From an uncultured Gemmatimonadales bacterium (lineage in GTDB: Bacteria > Gemmatimonadota > Gemmatimonadetes > Longimicrobiales > RSA9): a stretch of DNA of 64,000 bases. The stretch lies in assembly GCA_963798085.1 (NCBI GenBank), contig CAWCRS010000010.1, positions 1-64,000 of the forward strand, written 5' to 3'. The notes beneath the pieces are model-generated. The model was given only the letters and a program-made list of their open reading frames with translations, was not told where the DNA came from and ran no database searches. Positions 42,537-51,043 of the stretch are shown here, piece by piece. The position numbers were made by a program, and so were the translations under genes. Position 1 is the stretch's first letter, and each line of letters begins with the position of its first letter.

Positions 42537-43193
42537 CTAGCTCGTGATGCCCGCCTCCATGGCAAAGCGCGTGAGGCCGGCCACCGTGCGGATGCGCAAT
42601 TTCCGCATGATGCTCTCGCGGTGTGTTTCCACCGTGCGATGGCTGATGCCGAACTCTTCCGCGATTTCGCGACTGGTGCGACCGGCCGCCACGCGCGTCA
42701 GCACTTCGCGTTCGCGTGGCGTCAACTGTTCCAGCCGGTCGCGGCTCGATTCTCTCGCCGCCTCATCGCGCAGCGCCGAGCTGAGCTGCTGCGTGACGCG
42801 GGTGCTGAACGCTTCGCGGCCTTCCGCCACGGCGCGCACCGCGTCCCGCACTTCCGCGGGACCCGCGCTCTTGAGCAGATAGCCATCCGCCCCCGCACGC
42901 ACCGCGCCGAGCACGTACTCCGGATGATCGTGCATGCTGAGGATGAGCACGTTGGTGCGGGCGGGCCGGTCGCGCAGCTTCTGCAGCACATCGATGCCGG
43001 AAAGTCGGGGCATGGTGATGTCGAGGATGGCCACATCCGGATCATGCTCCTCGATCAGCGCCAATGCTTCCTCGCCGTTGGTTGCCTCCGCCACCACGCG
43101 GAATCCCTCCATGGCTTCGAGCACGGTTCGGATACCTTCCCGCACCACGGCATGGTCGTCCGCCACCAGCACGCGAATCATGGTTTCGCTCAT
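42537..43193 (-). CDS. NarL/LuxR-family response regulator
   Basis: VLVADDHAVVREG, LDITMP, GYLLK, LTPREREVL...SHRTVETHRESIMRKL. Confidence 0.95.
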   Translation of the reverse strand: MSETMIRVLVADDHAVVREGIRTVLEAMEGFRVVAEATNGEEALALIEEHDPDVAILDITMPRLSGIDVLQKLRDRPARTNVLILSMHDHPEYVLGAVRAGADGYLLKSAGPAEVRDAVRAVAEGREAFSTRVTQQLSSALRDEAARESSRDRLEQLTPREREVLTRVAAGRTSREIAEEFGISHRTVETHRESIMRKLRIRTVAGLTRFAMEAGITS

Positions 43194-44969
43194 CGTCCAG
43201 CTCCATTGGCGACGGGAAGTGTGACCGACAGCTCGACGCCGCTGTGGTCGCGACGACGCACGGCAAGCTCGCCGCCGAGCAGCGAAACGCGTTCGCGCAT
43301 GCCTTCGAGACCGGCGCCGCCGGACACCAGATCACCGTGCGGTCCGACGCCGCTGGTGTCAGCCAGGCCCCGGCCATTGTCGCGCACGTGCAGGTGCACG
43401 TGTGCGTCCTGGTGTACCAGCTCCACATCCACGCGGCTCGCGGAAGCGTGCCTCGCCACATTGGACAGCGCTTCCTGCAGGGCGCGGAACAACGCCAGCT
43501 CTGCGTCCTGACTGATGGAAGGCAGCGTTGCCGGCGCCACGAAACGCACATCGAGCGGGTGGCGTTCGACGAATTCGTCGATGAGGCCGCGCAACGCCGC
43601 CAGCAGTCCGAGATCATCCAGCAGTGGCGGCCGCAGTCGATCCGTGACCGCGCGAATGCTCTCGATGCCATCGCCGACGAGCGACAGCGCACGGTCCAGG
43701 CGAGGCACGATGGCGGGACTGGCACTCTCGCGCAGCAGGCCCAGCTGCATGTTGACGGCCGCGAACACCTGCGCGGTTTCATCGTGCAGCTCGCGGGACA
43801 GGCGACGGCGCTCTTCTTCGTGCTGGTGCACCATGCGCGCAGCCAGGTGCTCCAGTTCCGCGGTCCGTGCCTGCAGGCCGCGCTGCAGCTCGGCGTTTTC
43901 GAGCGCTGCGCCGAACTGTCTGCCCAGCGCGACGAGGAAGTCGGTGTCGAGCGCTGCGAACGGGTCTCTCGCCTGCGCCACGAGGACGAGCGCGCCGCGT
44001 ACGCCGGCGCGGCTCAGAATGGGCAGGGCCGCAATGTAGGGATGCTGCACGGAAGAGCGCGCGCCCACCGCATTCGCGCTCCGCACCACGGGCCGGCCGC
44101 TGTGCAGCGCTTCAGAGACGACCTGCGCCGCGTCGTGGTCGGGCGCGCCGCTCTCCCACGCGGCGCAGGCGCCGCGCGCGTGCACGGTAACGGCATCGTC
44201 GCCTTCATTCAGCACGAGCGCACTGCCTTTCACAGCGGGCAGCGCCATGGCCCGTTCGAGCAGCGCGTGCGCCAGGTCTTCCACTCTTCCACCCGCCTGC
44301 ATGTGGCCGGACAGTGCCGAGAGCGCACGGATGCCGCCGTGCAGCTCCTCACCCACAATGAGCATGATGCCGGCGCCCATCGCCAGCTCGAACAGGATGT
44401 CGATGTAGTAGCCGAACGGGTCCCAAATGCCGCGCGCACGCAGGAACGGATAGTCGAGATGGTGCAGCCCCCAGAGCATCAGCGCGATGCCCAGCAGCAG
44501 CGACGCAGCTGAACCGGCGCGGCGCCAGTGACGCAGGAATACCAGTCCCGTCCACAGCGTCGCGATGCTGAGGAATGCGACGGCGGGTGCCGCCGCCAGC
44601 ATGAAGTTTTCCATGCGATAGATCGCGATGTACGACCATGCGACGGGGAACGCGGCGAAGAGGATGAGCCAGGGGCGCCAGCCCACGCCCTGCGAAAAGG
44701 AGAGTGCGGCCCAGAGCAGCGCGAGTGCGGTGAGGCCGGTCACGACCTGGTGCCAGTACAGCCAGATGCGGGCGCCCGTCAGCAGGAAGACAATGATGGC
44801 GCCCAGGCGCAGCGAATAGAGCAGCCACGCGCCGGCCCAGATCGCGAAATACATTCTTGCGGTAGCGCCGGTACAGCAGGAAGCACACACCGGCCAGCGC
44901 CACCGTGATGGTCGTCTGCAGGAATGCCGCCGCCAGCTCCGAGAGCGACGCCGGGATCAACGGTTGCAT
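43190..44969 (-). CDS. Sensor histidine kinase (multi-TM, GAF-like, HisKA_3), frameshift near 44855
   Basis: EEERRRLSRELHDE, QEALSNVARHA, VRDNGRG, GAGLEGMRER; N-terminus MQPLIP in ORF 44349..44969. Confidence 0.92.
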
Positions 44970-45118
44970 GCTCTCAAACGAACGGATTGCGGCTGGAACG
45001 GCAACTGCGTTTCGCTCGGGCTGGCGCTGCTCAGTTGACGCGCGGCGTTGCCGGGGCTGGCAGCCCGGAACGAATCAACGGGTGAAGGCTGGACGCGCAA
45101 CGCGCATCCAACACGGCG

Positions 45119-46366
45119 TTACCCGCCGGCGATCTCCCTGACTCCCTCCACCAGCCTTTCGACTTCCTCGGCGCTGCTGTAGCAGGCGCAGCCGGCTCGG
45201 ACCAGGCCTTCATCGCCGAGACCCAGCCGCTCGACGACCGTGGCGGCGTAGAAGTCGCCGTGTGATACGAACACGCCTCGCGCCGCCAGGCGGCTGGCCA
45301 CTTCGGAGGAGGGCACACCCTCCAGGGTGAAAGCCGCGGTTGGTGTGCGCGGCCGGTCGGGCGGCGGGCCGTAGCGTCGCACCCCGCGCACTTCGCCCAG
45401 ACCCTGCCACATGCGCGCGAACAACGACTGCGAGCGCGCGTGCAGCGCGTGGAACGCCGACTCCAGCCTCGCCCTCCGGTCTGCGCCTGTGCCCAGCCCT
45501 GCGAGGAAATCCACGGCGGCGGCGGCACCGGCCATGCCTTCGTGATTCTGTGTGCCGGTCTCGAGCCGTTCGGGACCTTCGTTCGGTGCGGGCTCGAGCT
45601 TCGGCACATCGAGCAGCGGGACCTGTGCGGCGCGCACGGCGAGCACACCCACGTGCGGACCGTAGAACTTGTAGGCCGAGCAGGCCAGCATGTCGCAGTC
45701 GAGCGCGTGGAAGTCGGGAAGCACGTGCGGCGCGGAGTGCACCGCATCCACGAAGCTCAGCGCGCCCACGGAGCGCGCCATCGCGATGATGGCGGGAAGG
45801 TCGTTGACCGTGCCGAGCGCGTTCGATGCGCCGCCAATCGCAACCAGGCGAGTACGCCGGCCAATGCTGCGCTCCAGGTCGGCGCGCTCCAGCTCGCCGG
45901 TGGCCGGGTCGAGGCGCACGTGACGCACCTGCACTCCGCGCTCGCGCTCGAGTGCGGTCCAGGGCGCAATGTTGGCGTGGTGGTCGAGCTGCGTGACGAC
46001 AACCTCGTCGCCCGCACCCCACACCCGGCCCAGCGCTCTCGCCACGTGGAAGGTGAGCGTGGTCATGTTGGGCCCGAAGGCGATCTCGCCCGCGTCGGCG
46101 CCCAGAAAATCCGCCATGGCCGCGCGCGCGTCCGCTATGATCGCATCGGTCTCGGCGCTGGTCGGGTAGTGCCAGTGGGTGTTGGCGTTGTGATGGTAGA
46201 GGTATTCGGCCATTGCATCGACCACGACGCGCGGCGTCTGCGTGCCGCCCGGGCAGTCGAAGTACGCCACCGGCCGGCCATTCTCGCGCCGCTCCAGCGC
46301 GGGAAACTGCGAGCGGATCTGCTCCAGCAATGCCACGCGCGCGGCTGGCGCGTTCACGGTAGCCAT
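45119..46366 (-). CDS. Cysteine desulfurase-like protein (aminotransferase class V)
   Basis: PGGTQTP, LDHHAN, SNALGT, VDAVH, SAYKFYGPH (PLP Lys), ETGT; has SHGDFYA where SufS has the catalytic Cys motif RxGHHCA. Confidence 0.9.
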   Translation of the reverse strand: MATVNAPAARVALLEQIRSQFPALERRENGRPVAYFDCPGGTQTPRVVVDAMAEYLYHHNANTHWHYPTSAETDAIIADARAAMADFLGADAGEIAFGPNMTTLTFHVARALGRVWGAGDEVVVTQLDHHANIAPWTALERERGVQVRHVRLDPATGELERADLERSIGRRTRLVAIGGASNALGTVNDLPAIIAMARSVGALSFVDAVHSAPHVLPDFHALDCDMLACSAYKFYGPHVGVLAVRAAQVPLLDVPKLEPAPNEGPERLETGTQNHEGMAGAAAAVDFLAGLGTGADRRARLESAFHALHARSQSLFARMWQGLGEVRGVRRYGPPPDRPRTPTAAFTLEGVPSSEVASRLAARGVFVSHGDFYAATVVERLGLGDEGLVRAGCACYSSAEEVERLVEGVREIAGG

Positions 46367-46489
46367 GATGGCAGAAACCCGGTCCGAGGAAGTGCGTGCG
46401 CCGCCACGGGCGGCGCTGCGCGGCGCATCTTCACGCGTGCGGTGATTCGGGGCAAGGTGGGCCGGGTGCGTGCGAAACTTCGATCCCTG

Positions 46490-46582
46490 AAAAGACGAAA
46501 CGGCCGCAACTGCTGCGACCGTTCGCCTCGTCCGTAGCGCTCTCCCCGGAGTTCCCGCTCGCTACGGATCAACATCTGTCGC
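46490..46582 (-). ncRNA. Putative sigma54-dependent small RNA, copy A
   Basis: Hairpin UCCGUAGCG-AGCGGGAACUCCGGGGAGAG-CGCUACGGA (46531-46568), then terminator AACGGUCGCAG-cag-UUGCGGCCGUU-UCGUCUUUU; sigma54-like box upstream. Confidence 0.65.
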
Positions 46583-46593
46583 GAATGCTTCAC

Positions 46594-46608
46594 GCACGAT
46601 CTTTGCCA
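46594..46608 (-). promoter_or_regulatory. sigma54 (-24/-12) promoter for copy A
   Basis: TGGCAAAGATCGTGC = GG-N10-GC, 25 nt upstream of the hairpin TCCG. Confidence 0.6.
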
Positions 46609-46934
46609 TTCCTCGATTCATTTGTGCATTTCATTCTCTTGCTTCGAGTTGCCGCATCCACCCGAAAAACGCGGCGCGTGCCGCTCCGGAAACTTCTTTC
46701 GTTGCGCACCCCGCCGACGCGCCACCTTCTGCCCTCCCCCATGTCGCAACCGCGCTGTCAACCCCGTGGCGTCATCACGCCCGCCAGCCATGCTCAGTCG
46801 CACCGGACAAACGAGCCGCGACCTGTCCCCAGCCGTTCCCGTCCGCCCCGGAACATGGACCAGCCGCCAGGCGGATCGCCTTCCGCTCCTCCGCGAACTC
46901 ACCGTTCGCCAGACCAGCCGCACAAATGCCGCGC

Positions 46935-47027
46935 AAACAAAAAGAGCGACCACTCGCGTGATCGCCCTTTTCGTTCCGTAGCGCTCTCCCCGTTGTTCCC
47001 GCTCGCCACGGAAGACCATGTTGTATC
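46935..47027 (-). ncRNA. Putative sigma54-dependent small RNA, copy B
   Basis: Hairpin UUCCGUGGCG-AGCGGGAACAACGGGGAGAG-CGCUACGGAA (46974-47013, G.U wobble), then terminator AAAAGGGCGAUCAC-gcga-GUGGUCGCUCUUUUUGUUU. Confidence 0.65.
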
Positions 47028-47038
47028 GGCCCGTGGAA

Positions 47039-47053
47039 GCAGCTTTTCTGCCA
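47039..47053 (-). promoter_or_regulatory. sigma54 (-24/-12) promoter for copy B
   Basis: TGGCAGAAAAGCTGC = GG-N10-GC, 26 nt upstream of the hairpin TCCG. Confidence 0.6.
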
Positions 47054-47166
47054 GATTCTGCCCGCGCGCGCCAGACTCAACGCCAGCAATGGATTAGCCG
47101 TGTTTTGCGGGGCTCGCCAGCGGGTCGGGAACGCGCAAAGTTTTTCTGCCGTCCGCTCCTTTGTTC

Positions 47167-47958
47167 TCAGCGCGAGCGTGGGCGCCGCTGCTGCGCGGCC
47201 ATTTCCACCAGTCTGCGCAGTTCCTTGATCGGCTCGGGACTGTCATCGACCTGAAGCCGCAATACCACGTCATTGTGCAGCCAAACGCCGGCATCCTTCT
47301 TCACGATCAGCATGGCGGCGGACTCCATGCCGCGTTTGTCGCCGCCGGCCAGCTGACCTGCCTCGAGGGCGGCCAGCAACCGGAACGAGAGATGGCCGGT
47401 CGTCTCTTCGAAGGCCTTGACCATGCCATCCACGACGGCCGGCCCTGCCAGGATGTTGCCCTGCGCCGTGCAGAAGGTGCCCGCCTTCGAGCAGCGCTTG
47501 TCGCCGGCCCACGTCGTGGCCTGCGGTCCTGTGTAGGCGGCGGCAGTGCCCTTCGCGTCCATCACGGCGAACTGGCGGCCGAGCTTGGTCCAGTTCTTGG
47601 GGTCGGGATCGGGATCATTGTCCCAGACCTGCTTGATGATGTCCGCGGGAGCCATTCCCTTGCGCAGGAGCGCGATTGCCTGCGGGCCGTAGCTGACATC
47701 GACGATGGCCTGGGTGGCGACCGCACCCACGCCGGCTTCCGCCCAGAGCACGCCATTGCCCACCGAGAACACGCGCGACTGCACGGCGCCGCCGACCTCG
47801 CCGGTTTCCGGGTCGTAGCCCAGGATCGAGAACGTGGCGACGGGCGGCCACGGCATGCCGGGCTTCATGCCCGGGTGTTCGCGCACGGTGCTGCGGGGTG
47901 CGCCGCAGGCCAGCGTCAGCAGAGTGGCTGCGGTCGCGGAGCGGAGCGTGATCTTCAT
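47167..47958 (-). CDS. DUF1028-family Ntn-hydrolase-like lipoprotein
   Basis: Lipobox-like TLAC; ATFSILGYDPETGEVGGAVQS, GAVATQ, RQFAV, AQGNIL, GGDKRG, LQVDDSPEP. Confidence 0.88.
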   Translation of the reverse strand: MKITLRSATAATLLTLACGAPRSTVREHPGMKPGMPWPPVATFSILGYDPETGEVGGAVQSRVFSVGNGVLWAEAGVGAVATQAIVDVSYGPQAIALLRKGMAPADIIKQVWDNDPDPDPKNWTKLGRQFAVMDAKGTAAAYTGPQATTWAGDKRCSKAGTFCTAQGNILAGPAVVDGMVKAFEETTGHLSFRLLAALEAGQLAGGDKRGMESAAMLIVKKDAGVWLHNDVVLRLQVDDSPEPIKELRRLVEMAAQQRRPRSR

Positions 47959-47970
47959 CGTCGCCTCGAT

Positions 47971-48726
47971 TCAGGGCTGTATGGTGGCGTGAATGGTGGA
48001 GTCCAGCCGTGCGAAATTCTGGCGCAGGTACGCGTTGCCGCCCTTCGCCATGCACGTCTGGTCGGGCCCCGCGCCCTGGGGCGGGCCTTCGCCGTACTCG
48101 CTGTTCAAGCTGTTCACGACATCCATGCCCTCGGCAATCCTGCCGATGGGCGAGAAACCCATGCCGTCCAGCTGCGCGTTGTCGGCGAGGTTGATGAAGA
48201 TCTGGGTCGTGCGCGAAGCCGGGCCGGCAGTGGCGAATGTAACAGTGCCGGGCGCATTGCTGTGCGCCACGGAATCGTCCGGCAGCTTCTGGTCATCCCA
48301 TGCCTTTTCGATGGCCGGAACGCCGCTCATGCCGAACTGCACGACGAAGCCGGGCACGACGCGGAAGAAGCGTGTGCCATCGTAGAAGCCGTTGCGCACG
48401 AGGCCGTAGAAGCGGTCCGCGCCACGCGGCGACCACGCCCGGATGACATCGATGGCGAAGGCGCCCTTCGAGGTCTCGAAGCGCGCGCGGAAGCTGTCCG
48501 GCGCGGTCGTGCTGAACGCCGGGCCCGTGGGCTGCAGCAGCGCCTGCTGTTCGGCGCTCGCGGCCGGAGCCGCGATAGCGGGGCAGCCGCTGTTGTCAGC
48601 GACGCTGGCGCCTCCGCCGCTGTCGCCCGCGCATGCCGCCAGGAAATGCAGCAGCGCCAGACAGGACGCCAGAGGGATCGTCCGCTGCGGGATCGTGCCT
48701 GCGACGTTTCGCTTCATGGCTCGCAT
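47971..48726 (-). CDS. Cyclophilin-type peptidyl-prolyl isomerase, lipoprotein
   Basis: LAAC lipobox; WSPRGADRF, FFRVVPGFVVQFG, RTTQIFINL. Confidence 0.92.
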   Translation of the reverse strand: MRAMKRNVAGTIPQRTIPLASCLALLHFLAACAGDSGGGASVADNSGCPAIAAPAASAEQQALLQPTGPAFSTTAPDSFRARFETSKGAFAIDVIRAWSPRGADRFYGLVRNGFYDGTRFFRVVPGFVVQFGMSGVPAIEKAWDDQKLPDDSVAHSNAPGTVTFATAGPASRTTQIFINLADNAQLDGMGFSPIGRIAEGMDVVNSLNSEYGEGPPQGAGPDQTCMAKGGNAYLRQNFARLDSTIHATIQP

Positions 48727-48729
48727 TGC

Positions 48730-49266
48730 CTAACGTGAGAGTTTGGCGTCACTGACCCAGGCCAGAGACGCGATGCGCCAGTGTCCATCGAGGCGTACCA
48801 GGGTGAACGCATCAATGCCGCTCCAGTGCTGCGCCGGTGTGCTGTCGCTGTACTGTGCGTCGTAGTGCGCCCACACGATGGCCAGCTCACTCGTCGCGCG
48901 CACTTCGCTGGACGTCATGTGCTCCTCGAAGATGGTTTTGCGGCCGGCGCCCTGCGGCGCCTGGCGCACGAACTCGGCGACCGGCATGACCAGCACGCGC
49001 GATTCATCCTCGCCCGGCGGCGGCCACACCATTGAGACGGTGGCGCCGGGCCAGAAGTACGACTCGTAGCGTGGCCAGTTGCGTGCATTCAGATCGGCGT
49101 AATACTGCTGCACGAGCGCGAGCACCTGATCGCGCACGGAGTCCGGCGTCGCTGACACGGCCGACGGCGGCGGCGCCGGTTCGCCCGCGGGCTGCGACGG
49201 CCCGCAGGAAAGCGGCGGCACCGTGACGGCCGCCACCACGCCGAGAAGTATGACCGCTATGCGCAT
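48730..49266 (-). CDS. Secreted NTF2/SnoaL-like fold protein
   Basis: Signal peptide; LAIVWAHY, SGIDAFTLVRLDGHWRIASLAW. Confidence 0.8.
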   Translation of the reverse strand: MRIAVILLGVVAAVTVPPLSCGPSQPAGEPAPPPSAVSATPDSVRDQVLALVQQYYADLNARNWPRYESYFWPGATVSMVWPPPGEDESRVLVMPVAEFVRQAPQGAGRKTIFEEHMTSSEVRATSELAIVWAHYDAQYSDSTPAQHWSGIDAFTLVRLDGHWRIASLAWVSDAKLSR

Positions 49267-49443
49267 GCGCGCGACGATTCCACTGTTGCGGCGGGCCGGG
49301 ACGCGGCGCGCCGATCATTCTGCCTTTGCGGAGGCGCGAACTTAGCGCGACAGCGGCCCGTGTGGAAGAGAGCCTTTCCGTGACGCGCCCGGTGGCCCAC
49401 TTTTCCGCGACTCGCTGTTCCCGATCCTGTTGAAGCGGAATGC

Positions 49444-51040
49444 ATGAGTGAGCCTGACGTGAAGGCCGCGCCGGCAGGCGGGCTCGCGTACAAGTGGAAA
49501 GTCCTGATCTCCGTCGTGTTCGGCGCCTTCATGGTGGTGCTGGATACGACGGCGGTGAACGTCGCGTTCCAGACTCTGCGCCGTGAGTATGCCGCCGGGC
49601 TGAGCGAAGCGCAGTGGACGCTCAGTCTCTACGTGCTGGCGCTGGGCATTGCGACGCCGGTCGCCGGTTTCCTCGCCGATCGTTTCGGCATCAAGCGCAC
49701 GTATATCATCGGGCTGGCCGGTTTCGTTCTCGGCTCGTTCCTCTGCGGCATTGCGCCCAGCCTGTGGCTGCTGGTGGCGGCGCGCGGGCTGCAGGGACTG
49801 AGTGGCGGCATGGCGCTGCCGCTGGGCTCGGCGCTGCTGCTGCGCGCGTTCCCGCCCGGCGAGCAGGGCAAGGCGCTGGGCCTGTTCGGTGTGGCCATGG
49901 TGTTCGCGCCCGCGCTCGGTCCCATTCTGGGCGGCGTGCTGGTGGACGCCGGACTCTGGCGCTGGATCTTCTTCATCAACGTGCCCATTGGCCTGCTGGG
50001 CGTGACGCTCGCATCACGGTTCCTGCGCGAGGAACGCAGTCACCGCGAGCATCACATGGACTGGATCGGACTGCTGTGCGGAGATGATCGGCTTCGGTGC
50101 GGTGCTGTACGCTGCGTCGCTCGCCGAAGTGCGCGGCTGGACGAATCCGGAGGTGGTACGCTGGTTCGCGATCGGTGGCGCGGGTCTCGCCGCGTTCGCG
50201 GTGGTCGAGCTGTTCGTGGCGAAGGATCCGCTGCTCGATCTGCGACTCTTCTCCAATCGCACGTTCATGGTGGCGTGCTTCGTGGGGTGGGTCACCGTGG
50301 TCGCGCTGTTCGGCGCCGAGTTCCTGCTGCCCGTGTACCTGCAGGCGGTACGCGGACGCACCGCGCTGCACGCGGGACTCATTCTGCTGCCCATGGCGGC
50401 AGCGGCCGGCATCGCGACACCGACGGCCGGCCGCCTCTATGACCGCATCGGACCCCGCGCCTTGCTGGTGGGCGGCTTTTCGCTGCTCGTGATCAACACC
50501 TGGCAGTTCTCGCAGCTCGACGGCGCGACACCCATCGCCTGGATCATCCTGCTGCTGATCCTGCGCGGCACAGCGCTGGGCATGAGTGTGCAGACGACAA
50601 TGGTCACCGCACTGTCCGTCGTTACCGGTCCGGCCCTGCCGCGCGGCGCCTCGCTGGTGAATGCGACACGCAACGTCGTGCAATCGATCGGCGTGGCCCT
50701 GCTGGCCACGGTGCTCGCGGCGGGACTGTCACCCACGACGCGGCGAGTGCAGCTGGCCGCGCAGTCGTCCGGGCTGGGCGGCGTGTGCGAATCCGTCGAA
50801 CCTGCCGGCGGCGGCGCGACCCGGCCGGCGAGCCCGCCGCCGTTTCCCGCTGATGTGCTGAGCCGCGCCTGCGACGAAAGCATTGCGGGCTTCAGCAACG
50901 CCTATCGGCTCACCTTCTATGCCGCACTGCTGTCACTCACGCTGGGCGCCCTGCTGCCCGGCTGGCCGGGCGAGTGGGGCGGCCGGAAGAGTGCCGCGCA
51001 CCACGAGCGCGACGCCGACGCCATGCAGCCGGTCGCCTGA
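49444..51040 (+). CDS. DHA2 (EmrB/QacA) MFS efflux permease, frameshift near 50080
   Basis: FMVVLDTTAVNVA, GFLADRFG, APALGPILGG, WRWIFFINVPIG, PLLDLRLF. Confidence 0.92.
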
Positions 51041-51043
51041 TCC

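Noticed and set aside
46520..46540. Guanidine-III riboswitch (CGGACGAGG-like word on the minus strand)
   Set aside because: Present in only one copy, overlaps the terminator stem, and no guanidine-related gene is downstream.
46531..47013. CRISPR array interpretation of the two ~40-bp repeats
   Set aside because: Only two copies, ~445 bp apart, each with its own promoter-like box and terminator; no cas genes in the window.
46354..47019. Paralogous peptides MLIRSERELRGERYG / MVFRGEREQRGERYG
   Set aside because: No RBS, the frames run through terminators, and similarity is confined to the hairpin; better explained as RNA structure, though not fully excluded.
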